Positions 12,931 to 25,975 of a stretch of 64,000 nt of DNA are shown piece after piece. This stretch comes from Octopus vulgaris. Its lineage: Eukaryota. Both the position numbers and the translations under genes were made by a program. The notes under the pieces are model-generated. The model was not told the origin of the DNA and made no database searches. It was given only the letters and a program-made list of their open reading frames with translations. Position 1 is the first letter of the stretch. The number at the start of each line of letters is the position of its first letter. Location: NCBI GenBank assembly GCA_951406725.2, contig OX597824.1:8680001-8744000 (forward strand). The letters run 5' to 3'.

Positions 12931-13813
12931 AATCAAGGGTGGGAGAGAAAGAACACAACATGCGGAAAAACAGACGACAACATAACAGACGATAAGCGAG
13001 ACAAAAACAAGATACACGGATCATTCTCAGTCGATTCCCTCTTCAGTTAGTGTCCGGAAAGTCATTGCAGTTTCGCACATTTTTATCATTGAGACTATAT
13101 ATGTTTGCACGTATTCAAACATATTAATACACATAAGATTTCTTTTTCCCATTCAGTTGATCAGCTGCTTTATAAAGTAATTGCATATTAGGCTTCCGCA
13201 TCAATAGGTAGTCTAATTTGCATATTTGTGCTTAAGGCAGCTGGTCATTAATTAAAGAAAATCTATTTATGCATAACACGGTGTAAATGAGAAGAACGGA
13301 AATAGATTGAAGCGTTACGAAGCATTGCGCTGAGTGAAATTAGTAGAATGTAAGCAAATTCTATCCAAGTTATTGATGTGAAGAAAAAAAGGAGAGAGAG
13401 TCTCCCAACGGACTGTTTTTATTATATTTTGATTGACTCCCACCTAAACTTGTACGGCTTCTTTCTAAATCAATAGCACAGGCCAGCTACCCTGAAATGT
13501 GTGCTGAGATATGCATAAATAAATATGTTTTGTTACTGGCGAACAACCTAAAGCATACATATGCAAATTAGTTTTTCCACCAGTTTCTAGGAGTGGTTTT
13601 TATAACAGCCGATCGACATTGTTGTTTGGAGAAAAAGCCAAGCACGTTTTCTCTGAGAAGTGATGAGCTTGACGTGAAACTTTGAGTCAGGAGACTTGCT
13701 TTAGCTTTTCTGCACATCAATAACAATTACACGATTTTTACAAATCTCTTTTACCCACAGTACGGGTTCATAATCTTTAAATATAAATTCTGTTTACAAT
13801 GTTATATACATAC

Positions 13814-13814
<1 letters not shown>

Positions 13815-13844
<30 letters not shown>

Positions 13845-13932
13845 TGTATGTATGTATGTATGTATGTATGTATGTATGTATGTATGTATGTATATATGTA
13901 TGTCTGTATGTATGTATGTATGTATGTATGTA
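13815..13932. repeat. (TATG)n microsatellite
   Basis: Direct reading. Confidence 0.95.
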
Positions 13933-14038
13933 TCAATTTATCTGTCTATCTCTCTGTCTGTCTATCCGTTCTATCTATCTATCTACCTGCCTGTTTGTCG
14001 GTCTGTCTATTTATTGCGTTACGTCGTATATATATATA

Positions 14039-14232
14039 TAGGGAGAGCTTATGAAAAAAAAAACAAAAGACGAAGACAGGTGATGTACAAAACAAACAGA
14101 TGTATTAGTATAACGCTCAGGAATAGAAAAAGTCTTTTACGTTTCGAGCCTACGCTCTTCTACAGAAAGGGACACAGAAAAAACAAGGAGAGAAAAAATG
14201 TGTGTAGTGGCTAACGATCTATCATGGCGACT
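14039..14232 (-). mobile_element. Hammerhead-bearing ~190-bp repeat (probable Penelope-like element end)
   Basis: Near-identical copy at 29324-29506 and a diverged copy at about 44530-44690 (+). All abut (TA)n. Confidence 0.65.
14134..14170 (-). ncRNA. Hammerhead-like motif (family 2, CTGTAGA variant)
   Basis: Minus strand: CTTT CTGTAGA A GAGC GTAG GCTC GAAAC GTA AAAG. Confidence 0.6.
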
Positions 14233-14385
14233 GCCAGACAGAAGGGCCACACACAAGAGGTTAGAAGTAGGGGAGATAACAAAGGTGCGTGTGTGTATAA
14301 GAGAGTATGTATGTGTGTGAAAGAGAGCTGGTGGTCTGTACGTGTGCGTGTATGTATGTGTAGGTGTGAAATATATATATATATA

Positions 14386-14542
14386 TACGACGGGTTTCTT
14401 TCAGTTTCCTTCTACCAAATCCACTCACAAAGCTTTGAGTAAGCCCGGGATTATAGTAGAAGACACTTGCCGAAGATGTCATGCAGGGGGACTGAACCCA
14501 TGATCATGTGGTTGGGAAGCAAGCTTCTTACCACACAGCCAT
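14386..14542 (-). mobile_element. SINE family B, 5' half
   Basis: Matches the head and CORE-like segment. Confidence 0.8.
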
Positions 14543-14769
14543 TCCATTCATACATGCATATACATGAGTGTGTTTGAGTATACGTACCAACACATTATAT
14601 GTAAACATACAATATATGTATACGTAAATAGTATAGAGTACATATAGTATAGAGTATATGTAGAATAGAGTACATATAGTAAACCAAAGAATCCCAATAC
14701 TCGAGAAATCATATAGATATTTCTACGAGATTTTTACTGATTTTCTGGGCATTATTATAATAACGGAGA

Positions 14770-14908
14770 GCGGTGAGCTGGCAGAAGCGTTAGCACGCCG
14801 GGCGAAATGCATAGCTGTATTTCGTCTCCCGCTACGTTCTGAGTTCAAAAGACGAAATACCACTAAGCATTTCGCCCGGCGTGCTAACGATTCTGCCAGT
14901 TCGCCGCC
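14770..14908. repeat. Fold-back made of two inverted SINE family C heads
   Basis: About 58-bp arms (14770-14827 and 14850-14907) with a 22-nt spacer and few mismatches. Confidence 0.9.
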
Positions 14909-15485
14909 TTTGACTTTTGCTTAATTAAAAGCTTAAAGGGTATATTAAGAATAAAACAATAGCGACCAATAACAAGTGCGTGTGTTTTTCTCAGAGACAA
15001 CATGACCTCAGCCCGAAGTACAATGATATCTGTTTCAATATACGATTGCATATCAAAAACTTTACCAAACAAATACAGTGAACGAATCAGCGTACGTTTT
15101 TGGCTTTGCATTACAAAATGTTGCTTATTTATCTATCTTGGAGCTAAACAGTTTCCTGTTTATATTCTTATAAGATAATCCATAATGTTATAATCTCCAG
15201 AAAATAACACGAAATGTTTTCCTTCTTAAATGATGATATACTAAGTCAGCCATTTCCCTCTGCTGGCCAATTGTTTCCGCCATATTTACGCTGTGATTTC
15301 AACACTACAGGCAGACAACACACACGAAGCTTAACTGACGCAACTGTTAACCGAAGCATTAAAATTTCATACACTGCGTTGGTTTGATATCGGTATTAAG
15401 ACAGGAATCATAATTGTGTTGTTTCAAATTTAGTTCCATATATAGTAACCTACGTACATGGTAACTATATACCAGATATAATAAC

Positions 15486-16328
<843 letters not shown>

Positions 16329-17115
16329 GCCCCACCCTCTATTGATAAACCAGCATACGCTCGCAGACACGTATCCACACGCACGAACCACAACTTTGAA
16401 TTCAAACCAACATATCTAACCACATATTTTATAGCGATTGCAGTAAATTCCCTCTGGATAATTTTTTTATTCTTATCATTGCCAAGAGACAAGAAAAATA
16501 TAACTAACCTCTCCATTTATATAACTTTTATTTTCATATCAAAGTCTGTGTGTCGAGTCAAGCATAGCTAATACAATAGTTGTAAAAAGAAATGGCGAAT
16601 TGAATGTGACATAACGGTACAAGCTTAAAGTTCGTATTTAAATTTATCGAAGACGCCATGGTTGTTGTTTTCCGCATCCGGTTATAGAGACGTATACTAA
16701 AAGGGTTTAAAGCCATGACCATCACGTCTTTTCGGATTTAGTTTAACGCAGATTTAAGTGTTTAATATATCCTTCCTTAGTGGAAAAAGAAAAAGAAAAG
16801 ATGAAGAACACTTCTTAGTGGTTACAAAACATACCATACCAAAAACTCCCTGAAATCACACTCTACTGTCTTGACCAATGAATGGATACAATGAACAACG
16901 TTGTTCTGGAAAGTATATGACTTGGCCCTGGATATGACTAAACCTCACTCGGTAGTGGCGGCGGGGGAAGGGGGCGGTTCTGGAGTTTCAGGATTTTGAG
17001 GATGCGAAATCACTTCTTAATCTCTATTTTCCCCAGGTTTACTCTGACTCGGAGTAGTAACACCTGTAAGATCCAAGATGTAGGCTAATTAGCATATTGG
17101 GGCTTATCTACTTAC

Positions 17116-17485
17116 GCATGTGAAGAGTGGATTTGGCGGACTTTGCGGAAGAAGCCTTCCAACGAAGGGGAGAGCGGCTGCAACAACTCATTGTGGAGTG
17201 CAGAGAGTAAGATGAAACAAGTAAGACGTCTTGATGATCCACCGCATCAGACTCCATGCCCTGTGGTCTTGACAGGGACCGAAGAAGGTCACTGGACCGA
17301 AGGTCACAGACGAGAGAGCGAGGTTGACGGCATGCAACTCTTTTCACTTTAAAGAAAGTCACCGGATGAAACATCAGTCATGATTAAAGAATGACAGATG
17401 GGCCTCGTCATTCTGACGGATGAACATATGCTTGATCACAAGATGGGACCGTCACGAATGGTGGAATAGTATTGTTAGGCGTGTC
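17116..17485 (-). CDS. Candidate exon of an unidentified host gene (5' UTR plus possible first coding segment from ATG 17374)
   Basis: Non-repetitive island of about 50% GC. Acceptor TTGTCTTGCCCTTTAACAG| and consensus donor |GTAAGT. An 86-codon frame is open up to the donor (MFHPVTFFK...MSCCSRSPLRWKASSAKSAKSTLHM). No domain recognised. Confidence 0.4.
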
Positions 17486-17582
17486 CTGTTAAAGGGCAAG
17501 ACAACACCAGTATTTTCTTCTGTCTGTTGCTTCTGACTTCGAATATTCGCAATGAAAAATTTCTTATTATATTCCATATCTG

Positions 17583-17917
17583 AGACCCCCTTCGATCACG
17601 ACACAGACCATGGGATTGCACCTATAAAGTTACCCTCCCAGCACATTTCTGGGCAAGGTTGTTTATGGAAGACCAGCTGTCGCCCATGCATACTGGCCTC
17701 CCCTCTCCACGCCACCAGTGTTATCCAAGGGAAAGACAAAGGTCGATACAGCTTGGCACCCGTGACGTCGCAACTCATTTCTACAGCTAAGTGAACTGGA
17801 GCAACGTGAAATAAAGTGTCTTCCTCAAGAACACAACACACAGCCCGGTCCGGGATTCGAGCTCACAACCTCACGATCGTAAGCTGGAAGCACTAACCAA
17901 TGAGCCTTGCGCCTTCA
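17583..17917 (-). mobile_element. tRNA-derived SINE, family D
   Basis: Head GTGAAGGCGCAAGGCTCATTGGTTAG...CTCGAATCCCGGACC, then TTCTTGAGGAAGACACTTTAT. Related older copies at about 2865-3166 and 9230-9512. Confidence 0.8.
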
Positions 17918-18319
17918 CATATATTCCATAGGAAGATGATTAAAAAGCAAGAACAGATAAAAAAATATAGTACCAGTTATGTGCTGGGATCAAATGTCAC
18001 ATGACTGTGATAAGATGAAAGATATTCCTTGTAAGACATTTCTAGGATAACAAGAAATCTAAAGGAGACGGAAATCGAAGAATGATTGCCGTTCATTTCA
18101 AGGATTCTTCAAAAGAGACACAAGAAGCAGTCGACACGTCAGGATAAAAGTCACCGAGGACAATCGTATTATCCGTTCCAGTATTAGTTTAAATATGAAT
18201 CGAAACGTACTTTTTTTCTTGAATATTCTGTTAAAGTAAGCTACAGTTACGTGTTGAACACATCTGCAGGATCGATCGATGACTGTGCACCGAATCTGTG
18301 TATGACGTGAATATGTGTG

Positions 18320-18361
<42 letters not shown>

Positions 18362-18537
18362 GTGTGTGTTTCTATATGTGTGTGTTGTGTGAGTGTGTGT
18401 ATTTGAATGCGTGAACGTATATATATATATACGTTCATATATATATTTATGTATGCATGTATTCATAGACGAACGTATGTATGTATGAACGTATGCATAG
18501 ATATATTCATATGTATAGATATATGTACACACACACA

Positions 18538-18577
<40 letters not shown>

Positions 18578-19718
18578 TATACGTATACACACTTACGTAC
18601 ACATACACATATATATTCGTACAAATAAACATATACATGTCCATGCATATATAGTTTCCATGTTTATGTGTATCAATCTGTAAATACATTGACATATGCA
18701 TATGCATGCGTATATATGTATACGTATATGATAGCATATTATTTCTCTCTCTCTCCCTCTCTCTCTGTATATATATACATATATATTTGAATACAAGGAT
18801 GTATGCTTATGTGCAAATATATATATATAAGTCTGTGTGGGAGTGCGCTTATGTATGCATGTATATATATATACATAAATGGATACACACACATATGTAC
18901 ATACATGTATGTGTACATATAGATGTGTGTGTGTGTGTGTGCATGTGTGTGATTGTGTAACATATGCATGTTAAGTACGTAGATAAGTGCTAAACACATT
19001 TCAAAAGAAGACTGCACGACTACGCACTCGCCCGTACACACTGGCCAATATATATGTATATATTCCTTTATCTGGAAAATCTATAATGGCGTATGCAAAT
19101 GTTTGTATTCAAATGTGTACATAGAAATCAATTATGCAACGAAATGCACGAAAGGATGAACAATAAAACGCATATATAATTCAGCCATCGACACGCACAC
19201 ATATATACACTCATTCCTATACATTTGCTCTCTTCTTCTCTCTCATACATACATGTATCGCTCGTTTCGCTTAGTTTATAGAAATTGGAAGCCCCTAAGT
19301 ATTCCTGATGCCAGCTGGTAAACTGCCATTTATGGTGTCCAGTTGAAAAACTTGGGTGCTTATTAAAACAGTTTATAAGGCTAAAACCCGTGTTTTATTT
19401 CGGTGAGGATTTGAATTAGGGATTCACAGAAGCGAAACTGATACAGCAAAGTAAATAGTCACACGGTTTAACGATCCGGAAATCCGCCGATCCGGGATGG
19501 CCCTTTATTGTTCCAGGAAAAAAACGTGAGGAGCATGTTTTCTAGACAGGATTTGAACACACAACATTTACATATTTATTATGAGGGAATTCAGGTTTGT
19601 GTATTTGTGTGGTGCCTTCATTGAACACAAATTTCAAAACTTTTGCCCATACTACAGAGAACTATTCTCATTATCCCCTCCCCATAAATTTTAGGCCTGG
19701 TGCCTTTAGTAAAACAGA

Positions 19719-19795
<77 letters not shown>

Positions 19796-19932
19796 TTTAT
19801 TTTATTCTTTCATAAAATTTTCGTCCATTTCTCGCCGGGTGTTTTCCGTACACCTAGGGCAGTGAAGCTCATTGTATACATTCCTAGATTACACACGCAA
19901 TTTCACAGGTAAAATATGCATTAAAAAAATCA

Positions 19933-19987
<55 letters not shown>

Positions 19988-19990
<3 letters not shown>

Positions 19991-20215
19991 TAGTTTTATT
20001 TTTATTTTTATAGCGTGCTTTCACTTCACTACCGAGCGCAGCTCTGTGTGCCTTGGGTATGTGCTGTGATTTGTTGTGATGCTCTGATGGTTATTGTATG
20101 GAAAGTGTTCTGCGTAGGATGTGTGCAGTGCCTAGTAGTGCAATTTTCTGTATGTTATATGTGTTTGTAAGTCCTGGTGTTTTTGTTATGTATTTGTCTG
20201 AATATTTTTTTTTTT
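19988..20215 (-). mobile_element. 5'-truncated 3' end of an R4/Dong-like LINE inside a (TAA)n array
   Basis: The minus strand reads KYSDKYITKTPGLTNTYNIQKIALLGTAHILRRTLSIQ*, the typical C-terminus of R4/Dong ORFs. A ~110-nt 3' UTR then runs into (TAA)n, and TAA repeats also lie on the other flank. Confidence 0.8.
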
Positions 20216-20218
20216 TTA

Positions 20219-20294
<76 letters not shown>

Positions 20295-20636
20295 TACTAA
20301 TATTTCGAACAACTTTTCTGAGATACATATTATTATTATTACACTTATTTCTTTTCCTTAAATTTTTACTCCTTCTTCTTTTCTTTCTGTATTTCAGCAA
20401 TAAGAGTAACGACGCCGGGTAATTCTAGATGAGTCGCTCAAATAGCGAAATGGTTATTAGATGTTGGCATGAAAAATATAAAGATAAAAATGGAAGCTAC
20501 AACAACAACAGCAACAACAACAACAGAAGGAGCAACACCACCACAAACAACAAAAACCACAACGATCAAACCTTTTTTTAATTTTATTTGCCAAGCGAGA
20601 TTTGATATGTTTTACGGTACATCTATATTATAGGGT

Positions 20637-20982
20637 GGAGGCACAATGGACCAATGGTTAGGGCAGCGAACTCGCGGTCATGGAATCATGGATTCGATTC
20701 CCAGACTGGGCATTGTGAGTGTTTATGGAGCGAAAACGCTTAAATCTCCGCGAGGCTCCGGTGCGGGGTGGTGGCGAACCCGGCTGCATTCTTTCATCCC
20801 AACTTTCTCTCACTCTTTCTTCCAGTTTCTGTTGTACCTGTATTTCAAAGGGGCCAGCCTTGTCACTCTCTGTGTCACGCTGAATCGCTCTCAGAACTAC
20901 GTTAAGGGTACACGTGTCTGTGGAATACTCAGCCACTTGCACGTCAATTTCACGAGGAGGCTGTTCCATTGGTTGGACCTCG
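20637..20982 (+). mobile_element. SINE family A
   Basis: Collinear with 21377-21762. Confidence 0.88.
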
Positions 20983-21162
20983 ATTATAAGTTCACTTTTG
21001 AACATAGCTTGAGGCAATATATATACACACACAGACACACACATATATATGCACACGCACACACAAATGCGTTCACACGCACATATATATTCTCACTTAT
21101 TTACGTATATACACACAATGTACATAGCCTTGTATTTGTATTCTTTTATTCTTTTATTTATT

Positions 21163-21352
21163 AAAGTCATTTGACTGCGGCCATGCTGGAGCACCGCGTT
21201 TAGTCGAGCAAATCGACCCCAGGACTTATTCTTTGTAAGCCTAGTATTTATTCTATTGGTCTCTTTTGCAGAACCGCTACGTTACGGGGACGTAAACACA
21301 CCAGCATCGGTTGTCAAGCGATGGAGGGGGGACAAACACAGGTACACAAACA
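21163..21352 (-). mobile_element. SINE family B, 3' half
   Basis: Matches the tail segment. Confidence 0.85.
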
Positions 21353-21376
21353 CATACACCCCTTATATATATATAT

Positions 21377-21761
21377 GGAGGCGCAATGGCCCAGTGGTTA
21401 GGGCAACGGACTCGCGGTCGTAGGATCGCGGTTTGGATTCCCAGACCGGGCGTAGTGAGTGTTTATTGAGCGAATAACACCTAAAAGCTCCACGAGGCTC
21501 CGGCAGGAGGTGGTGGTGATCCCTGCTGTACTCTTTCACCACAACTTTCCCTCACTCTTACTTCCTGTTTCTGTTGTACCTGTATTTCAAAGGACCGGCC
21601 TTGTCACTCTCTGTGTCACGCTGAATATCCCCGAGAACTACGTTAAGGGTACACGTGTCTGTGGAGTGCTCAGCCACTTACACGTTAATTTCACGAGCAG
21701 GCTGTTCCGTTGATCGGACCAACCGGAACCCTCGTCGTCGTAACCGACGGAGTGCTTCCAC

Positions 21762-21762
<1 letters not shown>
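21377..21762 (+). mobile_element. tRNA-derived SINE, family A, full length
   Basis: Head GGAGGCGCAATGGCCCAGTGGTTAGG with A/B-box-like motifs. Body shared with the copies at 20637, 38989 and 44845. Confidence 0.9.
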
Positions 21763-21837
<75 letters not shown>

Positions 21838-21842
21838 TTAAA

Positions 21843-22074
21843 TATGTACATATATACACAAGGACACTACATGATCATCTATATCGCTATAACAGAAGTC
21901 AAAAATACTTCTGTACCACCGAATAGTCACAAATCTATAACAGACAACATAGGAAAAAATATCAGTGAACAATAATAACGGTTTGTGACCATTCAGTGGT
22001 AAAACATTATTGTTTTACTTCTATCATTAGCGATATAGGTCCTCATGTAGTACCCTTGTGTATATATGTACATA
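21843..22074. repeat. Imperfect inverted repeat (MITE-like), ~92-bp arms
   Basis: TATGTACATATATACACAAGG..CTACATGA..CTATATCGCTA..AGAAGT..TACCAC.GAAT.GTCACAAA is matched by the reverse complement of 21981-22074. Confidence 0.85.
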
Positions 22075-22174
22075 ACTAATATTGTATGTATATATTTTAT
22101 TTATTTGCCTGTACGGTTGATAATTCGCTTGCCACTCGGGATGGTATTTTAATAATACCATCCCTATATTTATT

Positions 22175-22229
<55 letters not shown>

Positions 22230-22413
22230 CTCCAGCATGGCCACAGCTCATGAGCTGAAACTAGATAAAAAATATCTGTATCTATATATATATTAGAATG
22301 TCAATGAAAGAAAATGAACCAAGCATCTTTTATATTTTTTCTTCTCCATTTTCTTTTAGTGACCTTTTAATTTTATGAGACTGTTTATAAATATATATAT
22401 TGAAGAACTTTCT

Positions 22414-22464
<51 letters not shown>

Positions 22465-23079
22465 GCATATGCATTTATATATATAATGCATATGCATTTA
22501 TATATATAATGCATACATATGTATATGTGTGTGATGTGTATGTGTGTGCGATGCGTTGAGTGCATACGCGCTATGTGCTGTTTTTAAAAGTTTTTCTTTC
22601 ATACCCGATCATAACGTTGTGTGATATCGTAGAAATGTATGTCTAATATATCTGTGTTGTAAATAGGCGGAAAAACAAAACAAAACAAAAAAATAACAAA
22701 AGATTCTAACGAATACATATGCATATATATACATTCGTTCACACACGTGCGCGCTATCTCTTTTCTCTCTCTCTCTTTCTATCGTTCACTCATAAACACA
22801 GATTCGTAGAAGCAGGGAAGAAAAATCTTCTTCAAAAATAAGATGTTCGACAAACACAAATGACCTTACTGGAAAGAGGAGCCAAAGTAAACTGAACCCA
22901 AGCAAGAAATGTGTAAATGTCCTGTCTAAGGAGGAAATGGCTTTTTCTGAAATCCGAATCCAAGACACAGGAGCCAAGTAATTCTGCACCTTTTCCGCTG
23001 GAAGATTCTGATGTAAAAAACAAGATCACCCTATCTCTTTATCGCTTTTCTTTCGTTCATAAATACATACACATACATT

Positions 23080-23127
23080 CTCTCTATCTCTATCTCTCTC
23101 TTTGTCTCTGTCTATCTGTCTGTCCGT

Positions 23128-23225
<98 letters not shown>

Positions 23226-23485
23226 GTCTGTCTGCCTGTCTGTCTGCCTGTCTGCCTGTCTGCCTGTCTGTCTGTCTGTCTGTCTATCTGTGTGTTTGTG
23301 TGTCTATCTATCTATCTATCTATCTGTCTATCTAATCTATATATATATGTGTGTATATATGCATATGTATGTATGCATATGTATATACTTACACGCGCAC
23401 ACACACACACACACATATATATATACATGCATACAAATATATGTATATATATATATATATATACATACATATATATATATGTATG

Positions 23486-23521
<36 letters not shown>

Positions 23522-23528
23522 CATATGT

Positions 23529-23612
<84 letters not shown>
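23080..23612. repeat. Compound (TATC)n/(TGTC)n/(TA)n field
   Basis: Direct reading. Confidence 0.95.
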
Positions 23613-23615
<3 letters not shown>

Positions 23616-23894
23616 CTCACACATATGTAATATATGCGCATAAATGTCTTCCATAACCTGTCCTTTCTCCTGCTTTCTCATCCTCGGTCTTACTCTTTTC
23701 TCTCACTCCATTTTCTTTTTGTTCTAACACCAAAAAAACATTTCTGTATATTTTTTCTCTTGGCGATGACTTTGACACATTTGCGTCTCACTTAAGTCTT
23801 AACTCTATTTTATACCAATGCTGTTTATCATATTTTAGCTGATAAATCATTTACGTGTGTTTTCTGAGCTTCATCTACGACTTGTTCCGTAACA

Positions 23895-23895
<1 letters not shown>

Positions 23896-23928
<33 letters not shown>

Positions 23929-24234
23929 GTTCCTTCTCGAGCCACGCCTGGCTCATAAGGGCCGGTTTCCCGGTTTTCTTGGCGTATGGGTCCCCCACCT
24001 GGACGGGACGCCGGTCCGTCGCTGGTGAGCTGCAAGATGCAGGAGAGAAAGTTGTGAGAGAAAGTTGTGGTGAAAGAGTAGGAAAAGGGTTCGTCACCAC
24101 CCACTGCCGGATCCTCGTGGAGCTTCAGGTGTTTTCTCTCGTTAAACACTCACAACGCCCGGTCTTGGAATCGAAACCGCGATCCTATGACCGCGAGTCC
24201 GCTGCCGTAACCACCACTGGGCCATTGCGCCTCC
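23896..24234 (-). mobile_element. SINE with a family-A head and a different 3' half, (CAA)n tail
   Basis: The first ~180 nt match family A. It then continues CAGCGACGGACCGGCGTCCCGTCCAGG...GGCTCGAGAAGGAAC(AAC)n. Confidence 0.85.
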
Positions 24235-24276
24235 ACATTTGACATAAAAGCAAACAGATGTATGTAACTATGAAAG

Positions 24277-24370
<94 letters not shown>

Positions 24371-24637
24371 TTTTTGTGCCAAGTGATGGATGAAAACGAT
24401 TCAATACGCAACTGAATTATTTCTCATTACTTTTCTTTCGTAGGGTTTGTGTTAATTAAACTTTTACTAGAAGACTGGTTGATTGTGACTTCGAATTTCA
24501 GCCTGCTAGCCTTTGTCAGTCTGTGCATACGTATATATGTGTGTGTTTACACACACCTACACACACACATACATACATATATGCATACATACATACATAC
24601 ATGCATACATACATACATACATACATACATACATACA

Positions 24638-24683
<46 letters not shown>

Positions 24684-25922
24684 AGAGAGAGAGGGAGAGA
24701 GTGAGAGATAGAGAGACTAAGAGAGGCACACACACATACATACATACACACACTACACACACACATACATACATAAACAAATGCGGGCGCGAACACACTC
24801 ACACACACCCACACATATATTTGTAGAGCTCTTCAAAGCCGCTGTCCTAGCATGGTCGCCATCTTACGACTGGAACAACTAAACGAATAAACGATTGCTA
24901 TAAAAATAATAAAATAAACAGAGAAACGAGTAAATGTATTCACAAATTATCGAGCTTCAATCTTAGAAAATGAATATTTTATTCAACCAGAGCTGTTCAC
25001 ATTACATTCTATATCGCCCATAATGATACAGATATATCGTTGCATATTTTAATGTCCTTTATAGCGTGGCTATCTCTTCAAGAATCTTGTGATCCAATAC
25101 CTTAAATGCCACTAAATCTAATAAACCTTAAAAGACTAGAATTTTCTTGTGATATTAAATTCTTGACCAGTTATTGAAGATGTCGTAAAAGATTTTTCGG
25201 TCAGTAACTTTTGTGTTGAGCGCAATGATACAAATGACAGGTTTGAATTTACGTTTACCTACCGTAATAAATAGGTGGATATGCGATGGGTGGATGGCAG
25301 TCTGGTGGAAGAAAGAATGGCCGAGAAGCTTCGAAGGAACTAGAAAATGTGTGAAAGCCTATTCTACCAAGTAGCTTGTCACGACCCCTACCTATGGTCG
25401 ATATCCTTGTAAGGTAACAAAAGCAGATACGGGAATCCGCCATGACTGTTAATATCGTGTGTTTATGGCGACGTTTCATTAAGCACAGATACACGATTGA
25501 TTTAAGAAAACCGGTCACCGAGACTTCGATTTCCCCGTCATATACAAATGACAGAGCTTATTGATCTTTTTATTATGTATATTAATTTATTTCTCTTGTA
25601 ACTTAGCGCCGTTATTGTTCGTTTCATCGTAATGTTAGATAGACTATGTAGGGTGGCGGATTGACTGGAGTCCATTGTGCGTCGAGCAAATCACGTTATT
25701 CTGAGTCTTTATGTTCTAAGTTCAGACAGCAACGAGGTCAGCTTTGCTTTTCATCATTTAGAGTACCAGCTGCGTACTGGTGTCGATATAATCGTCTGCC
25801 CCCCTACCGCAAAATTTCAGGCCTTGTCGGTAGAGTAGAAGGAATTATTATATGCATTCTCAAAAAGGAGGCGAGCTGGCAGAAGACGGGCGAAATGCTT
25901 AGCGGTATTTCGTCTGTCTTTA

Positions 25923-25972
<50 letters not shown>

Positions 25973-25975
25973 CCA

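Noticed and set aside
13046-13080. Second mariner TIR (GTGTCCGGAAAGTC)
   Set aside because: Only a short match, with no partner TIR or transposase sequence.
21377-21450. tRNA gene
   Set aside because: It is the tRNA-like head of a multi-copy SINE. It continues into the SINE body and does not give a clean cloverleaf.
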